Sequence record: SRR20825010_1557
Reading direction: 5' to 3' (one strand)
DNA: 43,218 nt
Every line of letters starts with the position of its first letter. Position 1 is the stretch's first letter. The notes beneath the pieces were generated by a model. It did no database searches and was not told the DNA's origin. It worked only from the letters and a program-made list of their open reading frames with translations. The translations under genes and the position numbers were made by a program. Positions 19,076 to 29,087 of this stretch are shown in pieces.

Positions 19076-20467
19076 CTATACGCGCATTTTCCACACTGGA
19101 ATGGCCGCCATCGCCACGAATACAGCCACCAGCCACCAGGCTGAATGAAACGCCCCAATAGTGGGGATGCCGCCACTGTGGTCACCAAATTCAATGGTCA
19201 GGGCCACGATATTGACGCCAAAGGCCCCACCCAGCTGGCGGGTAAAGTTAATGGTGCTCGAACCGGCACCGAGTTGCTCCGGCGCCAGTGGATTCAGGGC
19301 ACCCGTTGAGAGGGCTGGCAGCATGAAGCCGATACCGATTCGCCCCAACACGGTCCATAGCGCCAGCCAGCCGAAGGCGAGCTCAATGTCCGATACCGCA
19401 AACAACATGGCCGACATGGCGAACAGGACAATGCCGAATATCACCAGCTTACGGGCACTCAGGCGGTCCGCCAGTCTCCCGGCCAATGGAAAGGTCATGC
19501 CCAGCACAATGCCTGCTGGCAACATCAGCAAACCGGCTTCGGTGGCGGTGAATTCCAGGGCCGTCTGCACAAACAGGGGTACCAGGTAGGTGGAGCCAAA
19601 CAAGGCGAGCCCCAACGCCATGGCGCCCACGTTGGCGTAAACGAAGGCCGGATTGCGTAGAAGCTCTATGTTCACCAATGGGTGTCGGGCGCGTCGCTCA
19701 CGAATCACAAACAGCACCAGGGCGATGACCGCAACAGCGCCCTCGATGGCAATTCGTGCTTCCTGTCCCGCCAGTTCCTGAAGCCGGTTGAGGGTGTCCA
19801 GCGACAGACCGATGGCAGCGCCCAGGAGCACCAAGCCAGGAAAGTCAAAACGGTAGGGAGCCGGGCGGGAGACCGGCAGCGGCAGAAAGCGCCATGCCAT
19901 AAACACCCCGGTCAGGGTGACGGGCACGGGGGCGAACATCACATAGCGCCAGTCCAACTGATCCACCAGGAAGCCCCCGAGAACCGGGCCCAGGGCTGGA
20001 GCGAGAATCACACCCATGCCGTAGATACCCATGGCCTGCCCACGACGGTTGCGGGGGAAAATCCGGAACACCAGATACATACCCATGGGCTGCATGAGCC
20101 CCGCCATGGCACCCTGGCCAATGCGGGCGGCAATCAACTGTTCCGGGGAGGTGGCAAAACCACCAAGGAGGGAGATCACCGTGAACAGGAACATGGCCGT
20201 CGCCAGGGTCTTGCGCACGCCAAAGTGATCCAGAAGCCACGACGAGGCCAGCATGGTGGTGGTCATGGCCGCGATGAACCCGGTGGCCAGCCAGTGCACC
20301 TGGCCCTGCCGAATACCGAATTCCAGCATGATGTCGTGCAGGGCAACATTGACCACGGTTGCGCTGAGCACCGTTGCCATGGTGCCCAGCATGACCGTGG
20401 CAACCGCCAGCCAACGCCAGCGTTCGCCGTAACGGGCCCTTAACCCCTCAACCGTGTTATCACTCAG
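19076..20467 (-). CDS. DHA2 (EmrB/QacA-like) MFS efflux transporter; probable CTG start at 20467 (first ATG at 20392)
   Basis: Multi-TM MFS with ARIGQG, APALGPVLGG and NFTRQLGGAFG; downstream of a MarR gene; the frame is open to a CTG preceded by GAAGGGG. Confidence 0.88.
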   Translation of the reverse strand: MSDNTVEGLRARYGERWRWLAVATVMLGTMATVLSATVVNVALHDIMLEFGIRQGQVHWLATGFIAAMTTTMLASSWLLDHFGVRKTLATAMFLFTVISLLGGFATSPEQLIAARIGQGAMAGLMQPMGMYLVFRIFPRNRRGQAMGIYGMGVILAPALGPVLGGFLVDQLDWRYVMFAPVPVTLTGVFMAWRFLPLPVSRPAPYRFDFPGLVLLGAAIGLSLDTLNRLQELAGQEARIAIEGAVAVIALVLFVIRERRARHPLVNIELLRNPAFVYANVGAMALGLALFGSTYLVPLFVQTALEFTATEAGLLMLPAGIVLGMTFPLAGRLADRLSARKLVIFGIVLFAMSAMLFAVSDIELAFGWLALWTVLGRIGIGFMLPALSTGALNPLAPEQLGAGSSTINFTRQLGGAFGVNIVALTIEFGDHSGGIPTIGAFHSAWWLVAVFVAMAAIPVWKMRV

Positions 20468-20506
20468 ACCAAGACCCCTTCAGGCCGAGATATCGACCGC
20501 ACACCA

Positions 20507-20932
20507 TTACCGTTGCCGCTCCGCATTCTCCAGGATCCTGTGGAACACCTTGACGGCACCTTCGATGTCCCGGTCGCTAATACCCTCCAGCATCTCTTCA
20601 CGCAGGCGGGCCGCACGCTCGGTCAGGACGTTCATGAATTCGGTCCCGTCCTTGGTAAGGTGAAGACGGCGGGCACGACGATCATTGGGACAGGGACGGC
20701 GCTCAATCAGGCCCTGCTGTTCCAGGCTGTCCAGCAATCGCACCAGCGTCGGATTCTCAATGGCCATCAGGCGGGCGAGCTCACGCTGGGTCAGCCCTTC
20801 GCCCCCTTGTTGCAGATAGACCATGGTGGTCCAACGAGCCTGGGTGACACCCAGATCCTTAAGGCGTTCATCCAGCAATTTGCGCCAGCGACGGGTGACC
20901 CGGGCTACGGCAAAGGGAAACTGATCTCTCAT
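20507..20932 (-). CDS. slyA: MarR-family regulator, SlyA-like
   Basis: Motifs RRWRKLLDERLKDLGVTQARW, TQRELA...IENPTLVRLLDSLE and DRRARRLHLT; ATG at 20932 follows GGAG. Confidence 0.8.
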   Translation of the reverse strand: MRDQFPFAVARVTRRWRKLLDERLKDLGVTQARWTTMVYLQQGGEGLTQRELARLMAIENPTLVRLLDSLEQQGLIERRPCPNDRRARRLHLTKDGTEFMNVLTERAARLREEMLEGISDRDIEGAVKVFHRILENAERQR

Positions 20933-21023
20933 GATCTGGGACTCCGGTAATGGGGTATCGACTGCTGTACTACCTGTAACGAATACCACTGCCGAAACGG
21001 TGCAGTGACGGACAACGTTACCA

Positions 21024-21035
21024 ATAGTAAGCTAA
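21024..21035. promoter_or_regulatory. Putative SlyA autoregulatory operator
   Basis: ATAGTAAGCTAA matches the SlyA consensus TTAGCAAGCTAA at 10/12 positions and lies upstream of the slyA-like gene. Confidence 0.5.
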
Positions 21036-21122
21036 CCATTACGATAAAAACAGATATGCAAGGTGAAACAAAATTGGGGAAAACCGAGAGACGCGGCCCG
21101 ATAGGCGAGAAAGACCGGCCTA

Positions 21123-22406
21123 TCAGCCGGTCCTGTGTAGGTCTTCGTGACGCTCCTGAGCCGCTGGTGACTCGTGAAATTCCTCGTTACGGGGGTCCAT
21201 TTCCGTCAGCACCGGCGAGGTCTCAGGCATGGCAGGTATGAAGTGTTCCTGCTCCGCCACCGGCACGTCTTCCGTGTGGCTGATGCGATAACTGGTGATA
21301 ATCGCCAACACCACCAGGAAACCGGCGTTGCCGAAGAACAGCCCCCTGGGGCCCAATATGCCCACCAACTCGGCCATCACGATGGGGCCAATGACACTGC
21401 CCACGCCGTAACTCAGCAGCAGTGTTGCGCTGGCGGCCACAATACGATTACTTTCCATCCGGTCGTTGGTGATTGCAACCGCGATCGGATACAGCGTGGC
21501 CGAGAGGCCCGTAAACAGGCCAACCAGCAGGGTCAGTAGCCACATCCGTTCAGCCCCGAGGATGCCAACCGACACCGCCGCGGTGCCCGCTGCCACCGCC
21601 ACCCAGAACATGACGCGGCGACGATCAAACCGGTCACACACCAGCCCCAGCGGCCAGGCCAGGAGCATGGCCGCCACAATGGCACTGGCCATGAAGGTGG
21701 ACACCCGGCTGACCTCCAGACCCACCAGGGTGGCGTATACCGGGCCGAGCGCATAAAAAGAACCGATCATGACACCGCAGATCAGCGCACCGGAAACCCC
21801 GGTGAACGACTCACGGGCCAGGGTGAAGAATGACAGTCGCTCGGACTGCTCGATCACCGGGGCATCCATACGTGTCAACGACAATGGAATCAGCGCCAGC
21901 GTCAACAGGACAGCGGCGAGCGAAAACGGTATGAACGAAGACGGCTCACCGACGTTGATCAGCAACTGGCCACCGGCGGCGGACAGGTAGAACACAATCT
22001 GGTAAACCGCAAAAAGGGCGCCCCGGTTGGCGTTGGTGGCGCGACTGCTGAACCAGCTCTCAATCACCACCAGAACGCCGGCCACACTGAAGCCTGACAA
22101 GGCACGCAAAATGGCCCAGAACACCTCGGACACCGCCATGGGATACAGCAGGGCGCACACCGCCGCCATGGCGGCAAAGACCGCGAAAGCCCGGATATGC
22201 CCGACACGACCGATGATGAGATGGACGTAGAGCGTACCCAACACGAAGCCAATGGAGTAACACACCAGGATCCAGCCGATAATGTTCGGCGAGACCGCTT
22301 CAATACTCAGTCGCACACCCAACAGAGTCATCAGAAAGGCGTTGCCACTGACCAGCAGGACAATACTGAGGATCAGGGCTGAAAGCGAGGTGACCATTCG
22401 GGTCAT
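21123..22406 (-). CDS. MFS transporter (YcaD-like)
   Basis: About 12 TM helices; motifs GRVGHIRAF, VIESW and DRFDRRRV. Confidence 0.88.
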   Translation of the reverse strand: MTRMVTSLSALILSIVLLVSGNAFLMTLLGVRLSIEAVSPNIIGWILVCYSIGFVLGTLYVHLIIGRVGHIRAFAVFAAMAAVCALLYPMAVSEVFWAILRALSGFSVAGVLVVIESWFSSRATNANRGALFAVYQIVFYLSAAGGQLLINVGEPSSFIPFSLAAVLLTLALIPLSLTRMDAPVIEQSERLSFFTLARESFTGVSGALICGVMIGSFYALGPVYATLVGLEVSRVSTFMASAIVAAMLLAWPLGLVCDRFDRRRVMFWVAVAAGTAAVSVGILGAERMWLLTLLVGLFTGLSATLYPIAVAITNDRMESNRIVAASATLLLSYGVGSVIGPIVMAELVGILGPRGLFFGNAGFLVVLAIITSYRISHTEDVPVAEQEHFIPAMPETSPVLTEMDPRNEEFHESPAAQERHEDLHRTG

Positions 22407-22713
22407 CGGTCTGGCTCCGGCGTACTTTAAACAGGTTGATACAGGAATGTAATGAAACTAGCAGCAACGCCGGAACATTGCAGAGCACGAATTAGAACAG
22501 GGCGTAATTCACAAAACCACTACGCAGTTCCCGAAATCCCCAATACCGCTTGCAGCGCCGTGATGACTGGATTTAACATCATTTTACATTAAGGTGACGT
22601 AACACACGCTGGCGGCCTGAAGGGTTAACATGTGGGTAGTTTGATCGCTGCCTATTTGAACCCACGAGAGTCTCTCATCTCATGCAATCCACGCTAACCA
22701 TGAGCGCCTGGTT

Positions 22714-23619
22714 ATGAAAAAGACGGACTGGCCCATTCGATGGGATCTGTTGCTTCGCTACCGGCTGATTGAAATCATCGCCCTATGGGAAGGACGGCTC
22801 ACCACCAATCATATCTGCCACAGTTTCGGCATTGGGCGACAGCAGGCTTCCAAGGATATCAACACCTACCTGCGGGAACTGGCACCGGACAATCTGGTTT
22901 ACGATCGCCACCTTAAAGGCTATGTGCCATCGTCCAGTTTCCGGCCGGTGGTCACCGCCGGCAACGCCAGTGAATACCAGGATCTGCTGGCTCGCCAGGA
23001 CGCCCTCAGTGACACCTTTGAATCGCTTAATATCAGCTTGCCTGACAGCACCATCGTCCGTGGCCCGGAACGGGTTGTTAAGCCGGAAGTCATGCGTGCC
23101 GCAGTTGCAGCAGCTCGCCACGGCCGGGTGATGAAGGCAGAGTATGCCTCCCTAAGCCCTGCTGGCGTTTCCCAGCGCACTCTGGAACCCCACACTCTGG
23201 TGTGTGTCGGCCAGAACTGGCACCTCCGTGCCTGGTGCGACGCCAACCGGGAATTTCGGGACTTCGCCCTCAGCCGTTTCCGCGGCAAGCCGGAAACCAC
23301 CCGGCAACGCAGCCGTCACACCATCCAGCATGATGATGACTGGAACCGTCAAGTCTCACTGGTGATGATGCCTGATAGCCGTTTGAACAAGGCACAGCAG
23401 GATATTGTTGCCACCGATTACGGCATGGTCAGCAACCGGCTCGAACTCACCATTCGCGCGGCCCTTGCACCCTACGTACTGTCCCGGCTCGGCCTGGGTT
23501 CAGACAGCCAGCACCCGGACCCAATGGTCCAGCAGCTGGAACTGGCCAACGAGGAGCAGCTGGGCATTGCCGAGTCGGCTCGCGAACGGGCTATTAAAGC
23601 AGTAGCGGGGCTCTGCTAG
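22714..23619 (+). CDS. WYL-domain transcriptional regulator (CapW/BrxR-like: wHTH-WYL-WCX)
   Basis: N-terminal wHTH WEGRLTTNHICHSFGIGRQQASKDINTY; WYL region YASLS...RTLEPHTL...WHLRAWC...FRDFALSRF; then DDDW and DYGM. Confidence 0.88.
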   Translation: MKKTDWPIRWDLLLRYRLIEIIALWEGRLTTNHICHSFGIGRQQASKDINTYLRELAPDNLVYDRHLKGYVPSSSFRPVVTAGNASEYQDLLARQDALSDTFESLNISLPDSTIVRGPERVVKPEVMRAAVAAARHGRVMKAEYASLSPAGVSQRTLEPHTLVCVGQNWHLRAWCDANREFRDFALSRFRGKPETTRQRSRHTIQHDDDWNRQVSLVMMPDSRLNKAQQDIVATDYGMVSNRLELTIRAALAPYVLSRLGLGSDSQHPDPMVQQLELANEEQLGIAESARERAIKAVAGLC

Positions 23620-23628
23620 ACTGAGCGG

Positions 23629-25395
23629 GTGATCACAACCAACCCTTTCCTGTTCTGGCGCCTTGCCCTCGCCCTACTCATAGGCCTGCCCGCTGTCGCG
23701 GCGGGGGATTGTGGTACCGGGGTTATCCCGGTTTCCCGCATTCAGGGCACGGGCGATCATTCCTCTTTCGCCGGCCAGACCGTTTCCGTTGAAGGCATCA
23801 TAACCATGGATGCTCGCCAACGAGGCGGCTTCCGCGGTTTTTATCTGCAACAAGCCGATGGCGAAACGGACAACGATCCGCAAAGCTCCGAGGCCCTGTT
23901 TGTTTACACCCATCGCACCGACGGACAGCACGGGGATAGGGTGCATGTCTCAGGGCGGGTGAAAGAGTTCCATGGCCTGACCGAGCTCACCGATATTACC
24001 TCCATCACCCGTTGCGGGAATGGCCGTCTGCCTGAGCCTGTCTCCGTCACGCTGCCGTGGCAGGATGGCGAACCTCCGGAACACCTGGAAAACATGCGGA
24101 TCAACGTCGCCGGCGAGCTAACGGTGATCAATCACTATAACCTGGCCCGTTACGGTGAACTCACCCTCGCGGCAAAGCCTCAGACGATGGCCACGGAAAT
24201 CCTGGAACCAGGGCCGGGCGCTCAATCGCGCCACAGGTGGCAGGCGATCAACCGACTGTTGCTGGATGACGGCCTGGGGGCGCGCAACCCGCGCCCGATT
24301 CCCTGGCCTGGGCCACAACTGTCCGCAAACAACACGGTTCGCACCGGCGACAAGGTCAGCGGGTTAACAGGCATACTGGATTTTCGGTTCGGCGCCTGGC
24401 GACTGCAGCCGCAATCAACGCCGGCGTTCAGCCCCGCCAATCCACGCGCACCAGCACCCGAGCGACCGGAGTCGGCCACGCTCAGGGTGGTCACACTCAA
24501 TCTTGGCAATTTCTTCAATGGCGATGGCCGTGGCGGCGGTTTTCCGGCAGCTCGGGGGGCCCGATCCGCCACTCAGTTTGAGCAACAGAAAGCACGGCTG
24601 GTTGCCGCGCTGACGGCGCCGAACCCGGACATCATCGCTGTCACAGAAATGGAAAACGACGGCTATGACGGCGACAGCGCCATTGCCGAATTGGCCGGCG
24701 CCTTGGGTTCACACTGGCGCTACGTGGGAACAAGCGACAACACTGGCAGTGATGCCATACGCACCGATCTGCTGTACCGCAGCGACCGTGTGGTCGCGGA
24801 AGGCTCTCCCAGCCGCCTGACAACAACACCATTTGATCGTCGTGGCCGGCCACCAGTCGCTCAGGTATTCCGCCTCATTCACAGTGATCGAGCCCTGAGG
24901 GTTGTCGTTCCTCACTTGAAATCAAAGGCCTGCCGTGGCGCCAGTGGTCAGAACCGGGATCAGGACGACGGCCAGGGCTGCTACAATCACAGCCGCGAAC
25001 AAGCGACCCGGGCCATTATCCGCTGGACCAATGCCCTGCCGCACCCGGATGGCCTGTCCGGCACCCTGATCACCGGGGATATGAACGCCTACGCCCGGGA
25101 GACGCCGCTGCAGCTGCTGGAATCGGCAGGCTTTATCAACGCTGTTCGTCACATCCACGGCTGCACCAACACCACCTGTAAGCACACCAGCTATAGCTAT
25201 CACGGCCGTAGCGGAACCCTGGACTACAGCCTGGTCTCGAAAAGGCTGCTCCCACGGATCGTCGATGCCCGCACCTGGTCGATAAATTCCGATGAACCCC
25301 GGGCGCTGGGCTACAAGGGGCCGGTTACCGTACCCACCGGCCAGCCCTGGCGCTCATCGGACCACAACCCGGTCATCACCGACCTGTCACTCTGA
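23629..25395 (+). CDS. ExeM/NucH-family extracellular endonuclease
   Basis: Signal peptide; OB-fold region (IQG, GFYLQ, SEALFVY); EEP domain (NLGNFFNG, EMEND, HLKSK, GDMNAY, GTLDY, SSDHNPV). Confidence 0.88.
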   Translation: MITTNPFLFWRLALALLIGLPAVAAGDCGTGVIPVSRIQGTGDHSSFAGQTVSVEGIITMDARQRGGFRGFYLQQADGETDNDPQSSEALFVYTHRTDGQHGDRVHVSGRVKEFHGLTELTDITSITRCGNGRLPEPVSVTLPWQDGEPPEHLENMRINVAGELTVINHYNLARYGELTLAAKPQTMATEILEPGPGAQSRHRWQAINRLLLDDGLGARNPRPIPWPGPQLSANNTVRTGDKVSGLTGILDFRFGAWRLQPQSTPAFSPANPRAPAPERPESATLRVVTLNLGNFFNGDGRGGGFPAARGARSATQFEQQKARLVAALTAPNPDIIAVTEMENDGYDGDSAIAELAGALGSHWRYVGTSDNTGSDAIRTDLLYRSDRVVAEGSPSRLTTTPFDRRGRPPVAQVFRLIHSDRALRVVVPHLKSKACRGASGQNRDQDDGQGCYNHSREQATRAIIRWTNALPHPDGLSGTLITGDMNAYARETPLQLLESAGFINAVRHIHGCTNTTCKHTSYSYHGRSGTLDYSLVSKRLLPRIVDARTWSINSDEPRALGYKGPVTVPTGQPWRSSDHNPVITDLSL

Positions 25396-25479
25396 TTCCA
25401 CCTTGCCCGCGAGCCGCAGCATCAGGGCAGGCAGGCCAAAGCCCGGCGCGGGATACGCGGTACACTGGCTCCAATCCAG

Positions 25480-26400
25480 TTGAAACGGAAACCGACCGTG
25501 AAAATACCCACTCCAAACTTATGGCCTGCCGCCCGCACCAGTCAGCGATGGCTGGTACAGGCAAAACGTCGTGAAACCGTGATCGATGGCCACCGCATGG
25601 TGTATCTGGAAAAAGGGACCCCTGCCGGGGACCAACCCACCGTTATACTGATGCACGGTTTTGCCGCCATGAAAGAGAACTGGGCGCTCTGGCTGCAGCG
25701 GCTGCCCGAACACTGGCACATTCTGGTTCCGGACCTGCCAGGGCTTGGAGAAAGCGAGTATCGTTCGGGCGCCGATTACGGCTACGAGGCCCAGGCGTCA
25801 AGACTGGGAGCCTGGATCGATACTCTGGCCACCAACAACCTTCACCTGGTCGGCAGCTCCATGGGGGGTGCCATTGCCACCGTCCTCGCTCACAAAATGA
25901 CGCCCGCACCCGCTTCCCTGACGGTGCTGAACAGCGCCGGCATACCCGAACATACAAACGTGGACCTCGATGCCCCCTTCGAGTCCGACCGCGACGCCAT
26001 TCTGATTCCCCGGGACTGGGCCGGTGTCTACCGGATGTTCAATAGCGTCGGCACTGGCAGGCCAACGGCTATGGGCGTCGCCATGACGGGGCTCCTGGGG
26101 CCGGACCTGCTGCAACGAACCGCGTCCTTGCGTCACATTTTCAACGATATGCTCGCCGACGCATTGGCACCAGCACGCTACCTTGGCCCCAACACACCTC
26201 CCCTTCAGGTCCAGTGGGGGGACCGGGACGTGATCACGCCCACACGCTGTGTGGACTGGTATCGAAAGGTGACGCCCCAGGCCGATATCCACGTGTTCCG
26301 GCGGGTAGGCCATCTTCCCATGCTGGAGAATCCCGGTCGCTCAGCCCGTAAACTGGCAGCCTTCATCGACCGCCACTCAGCGGGCGGCCAGCTCTGTTAA
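25480..26400 (+). CDS. Alpha/beta-hydrolase (lipase/esterase); start uncertain
   Basis: HGF oxyanion motif, GSSMGG nucleophile elbow, WGDRD and GHLPMLE. Confidence 0.88.
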   Translation: MKRKPTVKIPTPNLWPAARTSQRWLVQAKRRETVIDGHRMVYLEKGTPAGDQPTVILMHGFAAMKENWALWLQRLPEHWHILVPDLPGLGESEYRSGADYGYEAQASRLGAWIDTLATNNLHLVGSSMGGAIATVLAHKMTPAPASLTVLNSAGIPEHTNVDLDAPFESDRDAILIPRDWAGVYRMFNSVGTGRPTAMGVAMTGLLGPDLLQRTASLRHIFNDMLADALAPARYLGPNTPPLQVQWGDRDVITPTRCVDWYRKVTPQADIHVFRRVGHLPMLENPGRSARKLAAFIDRHSAGGQLC

Positions 26401-26521
26401 TTGGCCTGCATATCCTGTTGACCCGTCAGCGAAGTCATGGGGTGAGAGGAACATTGCGTTCATAATCGTGGAAGAAGTTTCATCCCTGACATAACAACAA
26501 CAGGAAACACGAGGAAATCCC

Positions 26522-27595
26522 ATGCGCGCCTCAGTATCTACCACTCAGGATCTGGGCATGCCGGCCATTTACCTGCACTTGCTGGCGGAGTTGCTTAGTA
26601 CCATCGGCGTCGATGAAAAAGCGCTGCTCAAGCGTGTCGGCCTGGACCCGGTGCGCCTGCAGTCAACCGATTTAAGAGTCAGTCAGTCACAGGCCAGCGA
26701 GTTCGTGACCCGAGCCATCATCGAAAGCGGCGAGCCCGGGCTCGGCATCATGCTGGCCCGGGAGCTTCGACTGCCACTGCACGGAGCCCTGGGCACCGCG
26801 GTCATGAGCAGCCGCACTCTGGCAGAGGCTCTGGACCTGATGACGCGATACCTGACCCTGCGCGCCCCGCACCTGCACGTCAAGCGCCGGCAGCAGGATG
26901 GCCAGTCTATCTACGCCATCTCGTGTGGCATTGATCTGGGCCCATTGCAGGGCTTTATCATGGACGCCATGCTGTTCGGCTGCGCGTCCATGGGCGCGCA
27001 GCTAACAGGCTCACCGGTCGCCGGCTCGTCGATTCAGCGACGCGGACCGGAACCGGCCTACTTCCATCGCTTTCGCCAGCAAATTCCCATCCCCGTGGTG
27101 TACGGCGCTGGCGAAGATGCGATTGTTATTCCCGATCCGCAGCTGGCATTGCCCATCCGCTTCTCTGACGATCAGTTGGCCGCCTCGTCGAAAGCCCAGT
27201 GTGAGGAGGCCTTACGCCTTCTAACGGAAAATGCCGGCTTTGCCTGTCGGGTCAGGCGGGTGATTGAAACCAGTCACCCGTTCCCGCCGAAACTGGCCAG
27301 GGTAGCCACAACGCTGTTTGTGTCGGAGCGCACCCTGAAACGGCGTTTACAGGCGGAAGAAGCCAGTTTTCAGCACCTGGTGGATCAGGTGCGACTGGAA
27401 AGAGCGGGGGAGTTGCTGCAGCAAACTGCCATGAACCTGAGCCAGATTGCCGACGCCCTGGGCTACGCCGACGCCGCCAACTTTACCAGGGCGTTCAAGC
27501 GCTGGACCGGACAGAGCCCCAGCCAGTACCGAAACCAGGAGTCATTGCCAACAACAACGTCGATCAAGAGAACACCAACCAGTGCGATGGCCTGA
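26522..27595 (+). CDS. AraC-family transcriptional regulator (OruR/ArgR-like)
   Basis: C-terminal SERTLKRRL...IADALGYADAANFTRAFKRWTGQSPSQYR. Confidence 0.92.
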   Translation: MRASVSTTQDLGMPAIYLHLLAELLSTIGVDEKALLKRVGLDPVRLQSTDLRVSQSQASEFVTRAIIESGEPGLGIMLARELRLPLHGALGTAVMSSRTLAEALDLMTRYLTLRAPHLHVKRRQQDGQSIYAISCGIDLGPLQGFIMDAMLFGCASMGAQLTGSPVAGSSIQRRGPEPAYFHRFRQQIPIPVVYGAGEDAIVIPDPQLALPIRFSDDQLAASSKAQCEEALRLLTENAGFACRVRRVIETSHPFPPKLARVATTLFVSERTLKRRLQAEEASFQHLVDQVRLERAGELLQQTAMNLSQIADALGYADAANFTRAFKRWTGQSPSQYRNQESLPTTTSIKRTPTSAMA

Positions 27596-27600
27596 AACAC

Positions 27601-28257
27601 TCAGTCGATGCCTATGATCTTGTGCATCTGCAGGGTCAACCGCCACTGCGGGTGGGTCAGGCAGTAATCCGTGGCTTTGCGGGTGTTACTTTGCTTGACG
27701 GGGTCAGTCTCACCTTCTGAGACAGTCGGCGACGCCATTGGCGAGAGGAAATAGTGGCTAGCGTTAATGTCGGTGAAACGCTCCGGCATCGCCAGGGGCT
27801 GAGGGTACACCACTTTCAGCTCGTCACACTGGCGCAATACCACCGGCGCGTCCGCCTTGGGGCTCACACACAACCAGTCAATACCGGACGGTGCCGGCAG
27901 TGTGCCGTTGGTTTCCACGCCCACTTCAAAGCCGGCCCGGTGAAAGGCATCCACCAGCTTGTCATCCAGTTGCAGTAGTGGCTCACCACCCGTGCACACC
28001 ACATAGGGTTGCCCAGGCGCATCCGGCCAAAGGCGACGAATATGCGCCGCCAGCGCATCCGCGGTTTCAAACTGGCCGCCGTTCTGACCATCGGTACCTA
28101 CGAAGTCGGTATCGCAGAAGCTGCATACGGCATTGGCCCGGTCCTTTTCACGGCCAGTCCAGAGATTGCACTTGCTGAAGCGGCAAAACACCGCTGCCCG
28201 CCCGGCCTGGGCACCCTCACCCTGCAATGTATAGAACGCTTCTTTTACCCGATACAT
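27601..28257 (-). CDS. queE: 7-carboxy-7-deazaguanine synthase (short, CX14CX2C type)
   Basis: Motifs FYTLQGEG, CNLWTGREKDRANAVCSFCDTDF, TGGEPLLQ, ETNG, VSPK and LQMHK; start overlaps the queC stop. Confidence 0.93.
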   Translation of the reverse strand: MYRVKEAFYTLQGEGAQAGRAAVFCRFSKCNLWTGREKDRANAVCSFCDTDFVGTDGQNGGQFETADALAAHIRRLWPDAPGQPYVVCTGGEPLLQLDDKLVDAFHRAGFEVGVETNGTLPAPSGIDWLCVSPKADAPVVLRQCDELKVVYPQPLAMPERFTDINASHYFLSPMASPTVSEGETDPVKQSNTRKATDYCLTHPQWRLTLQMHKIIGID

Positions 28258-28922
28258 CAGGTTTCCACCTCATACCGCAAGGGATCAGAAACGCCGTTGG
28301 CGGCAAACGCCTCCAGGCGCTCCACGCAGGAACCACAAACGCCACAGGCCCGGTCCCGACCGTTGTAGCAGGTCCAGGTTTTGCCGTAATCGAGCCCCAA
28401 CTTCAGGCCCTCGGCCAGGATGCCCCCCTTATCCGAGCCCATGAAGGGCGCTTCTATTTTCACCGGCTCATAGTTCGCCACCTGACAGACGGCGTCCATT
28501 TTCTCCACGAACTCCGGTCGACAGTCCGGATAGATCGCGTGATCGCCGCCATGGGCGCCGTACCAAACAGCAACAGCACCGGCGGTAACCGCATAGCCGG
28601 TGGCCAGCGACAACAGAATCATGTTGCGGTTGGGCACCACGGTGGCCTTCATGTTGTCTTCTTCGTAGTGCCCCTCGGGCACGTCCACTGCGTCCGTCAG
28701 GGCCGATCCGGCCATGACTTCACTGAGCGCACGAATATCGATCACCTTGTGCGGCACCGATAATTCTTCGCACACCTGGCGGGCGCATTCCAGTTCGCGA
28801 ACGTGCCGCTGGCCGTAGTCAAACGACAGGGCATGAACCTTATACCCTCGGGCACGGGCAAGGTGGAGCAGGGTGAACGAATCCATTCCCCCAGAGTAGA
28901 TTACAACGACGGTTTCGGTCAT
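28257..28922 (-). CDS. queC: 7-cyano-7-deazaguanine synthase
   Basis: Motifs [29 protein letters not shown] and TWTCY...CGVCGSC. Confidence 0.95.
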   Translation of the reverse strand: MTETVVVIYSGGMDSFTLLHLARARGYKVHALSFDYGQRHVRELECARQVCEELSVPHKVIDIRALSEVMAGSALTDAVDVPEGHYEEDNMKATVVPNRNMILLSLATGYAVTAGAVAVWYGAHGGDHAIYPDCRPEFVEKMDAVCQVANYEPVKIEAPFMGSDKGGILAEGLKLGLDYGKTWTCYNGRDRACGVCGSCVERLEAFAANGVSDPLRYEVET

Positions 28923-29087
28923 CAGGTCATCCCGGTTTCAGACAGCCAGCAGGGCGTCACTGGATTGTTATAGGGTCGGAGTAACATCCGTGGACACATT
29001 GTAACAGTGGAATGCGACGATGGGTTCGCGTCTGCAGTAGCGTGCGGGTAAACTCTGATGACGGCACATCAACAAAAACCAGGCGGA

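Noticed and set aside
27601-28922. queC/queE as part of a Dpd or Qat anti-phage system
   Set aside because: Canonical-length QueC with a QueE partner; no dpdA, TatD, ATPase or other defence genes nearby.
28923-29057. preQ1 riboswitch upstream of queC
   Set aside because: No preQ1-I-like hairpin with the conserved loop and A-rich tail is visible on the minus strand.
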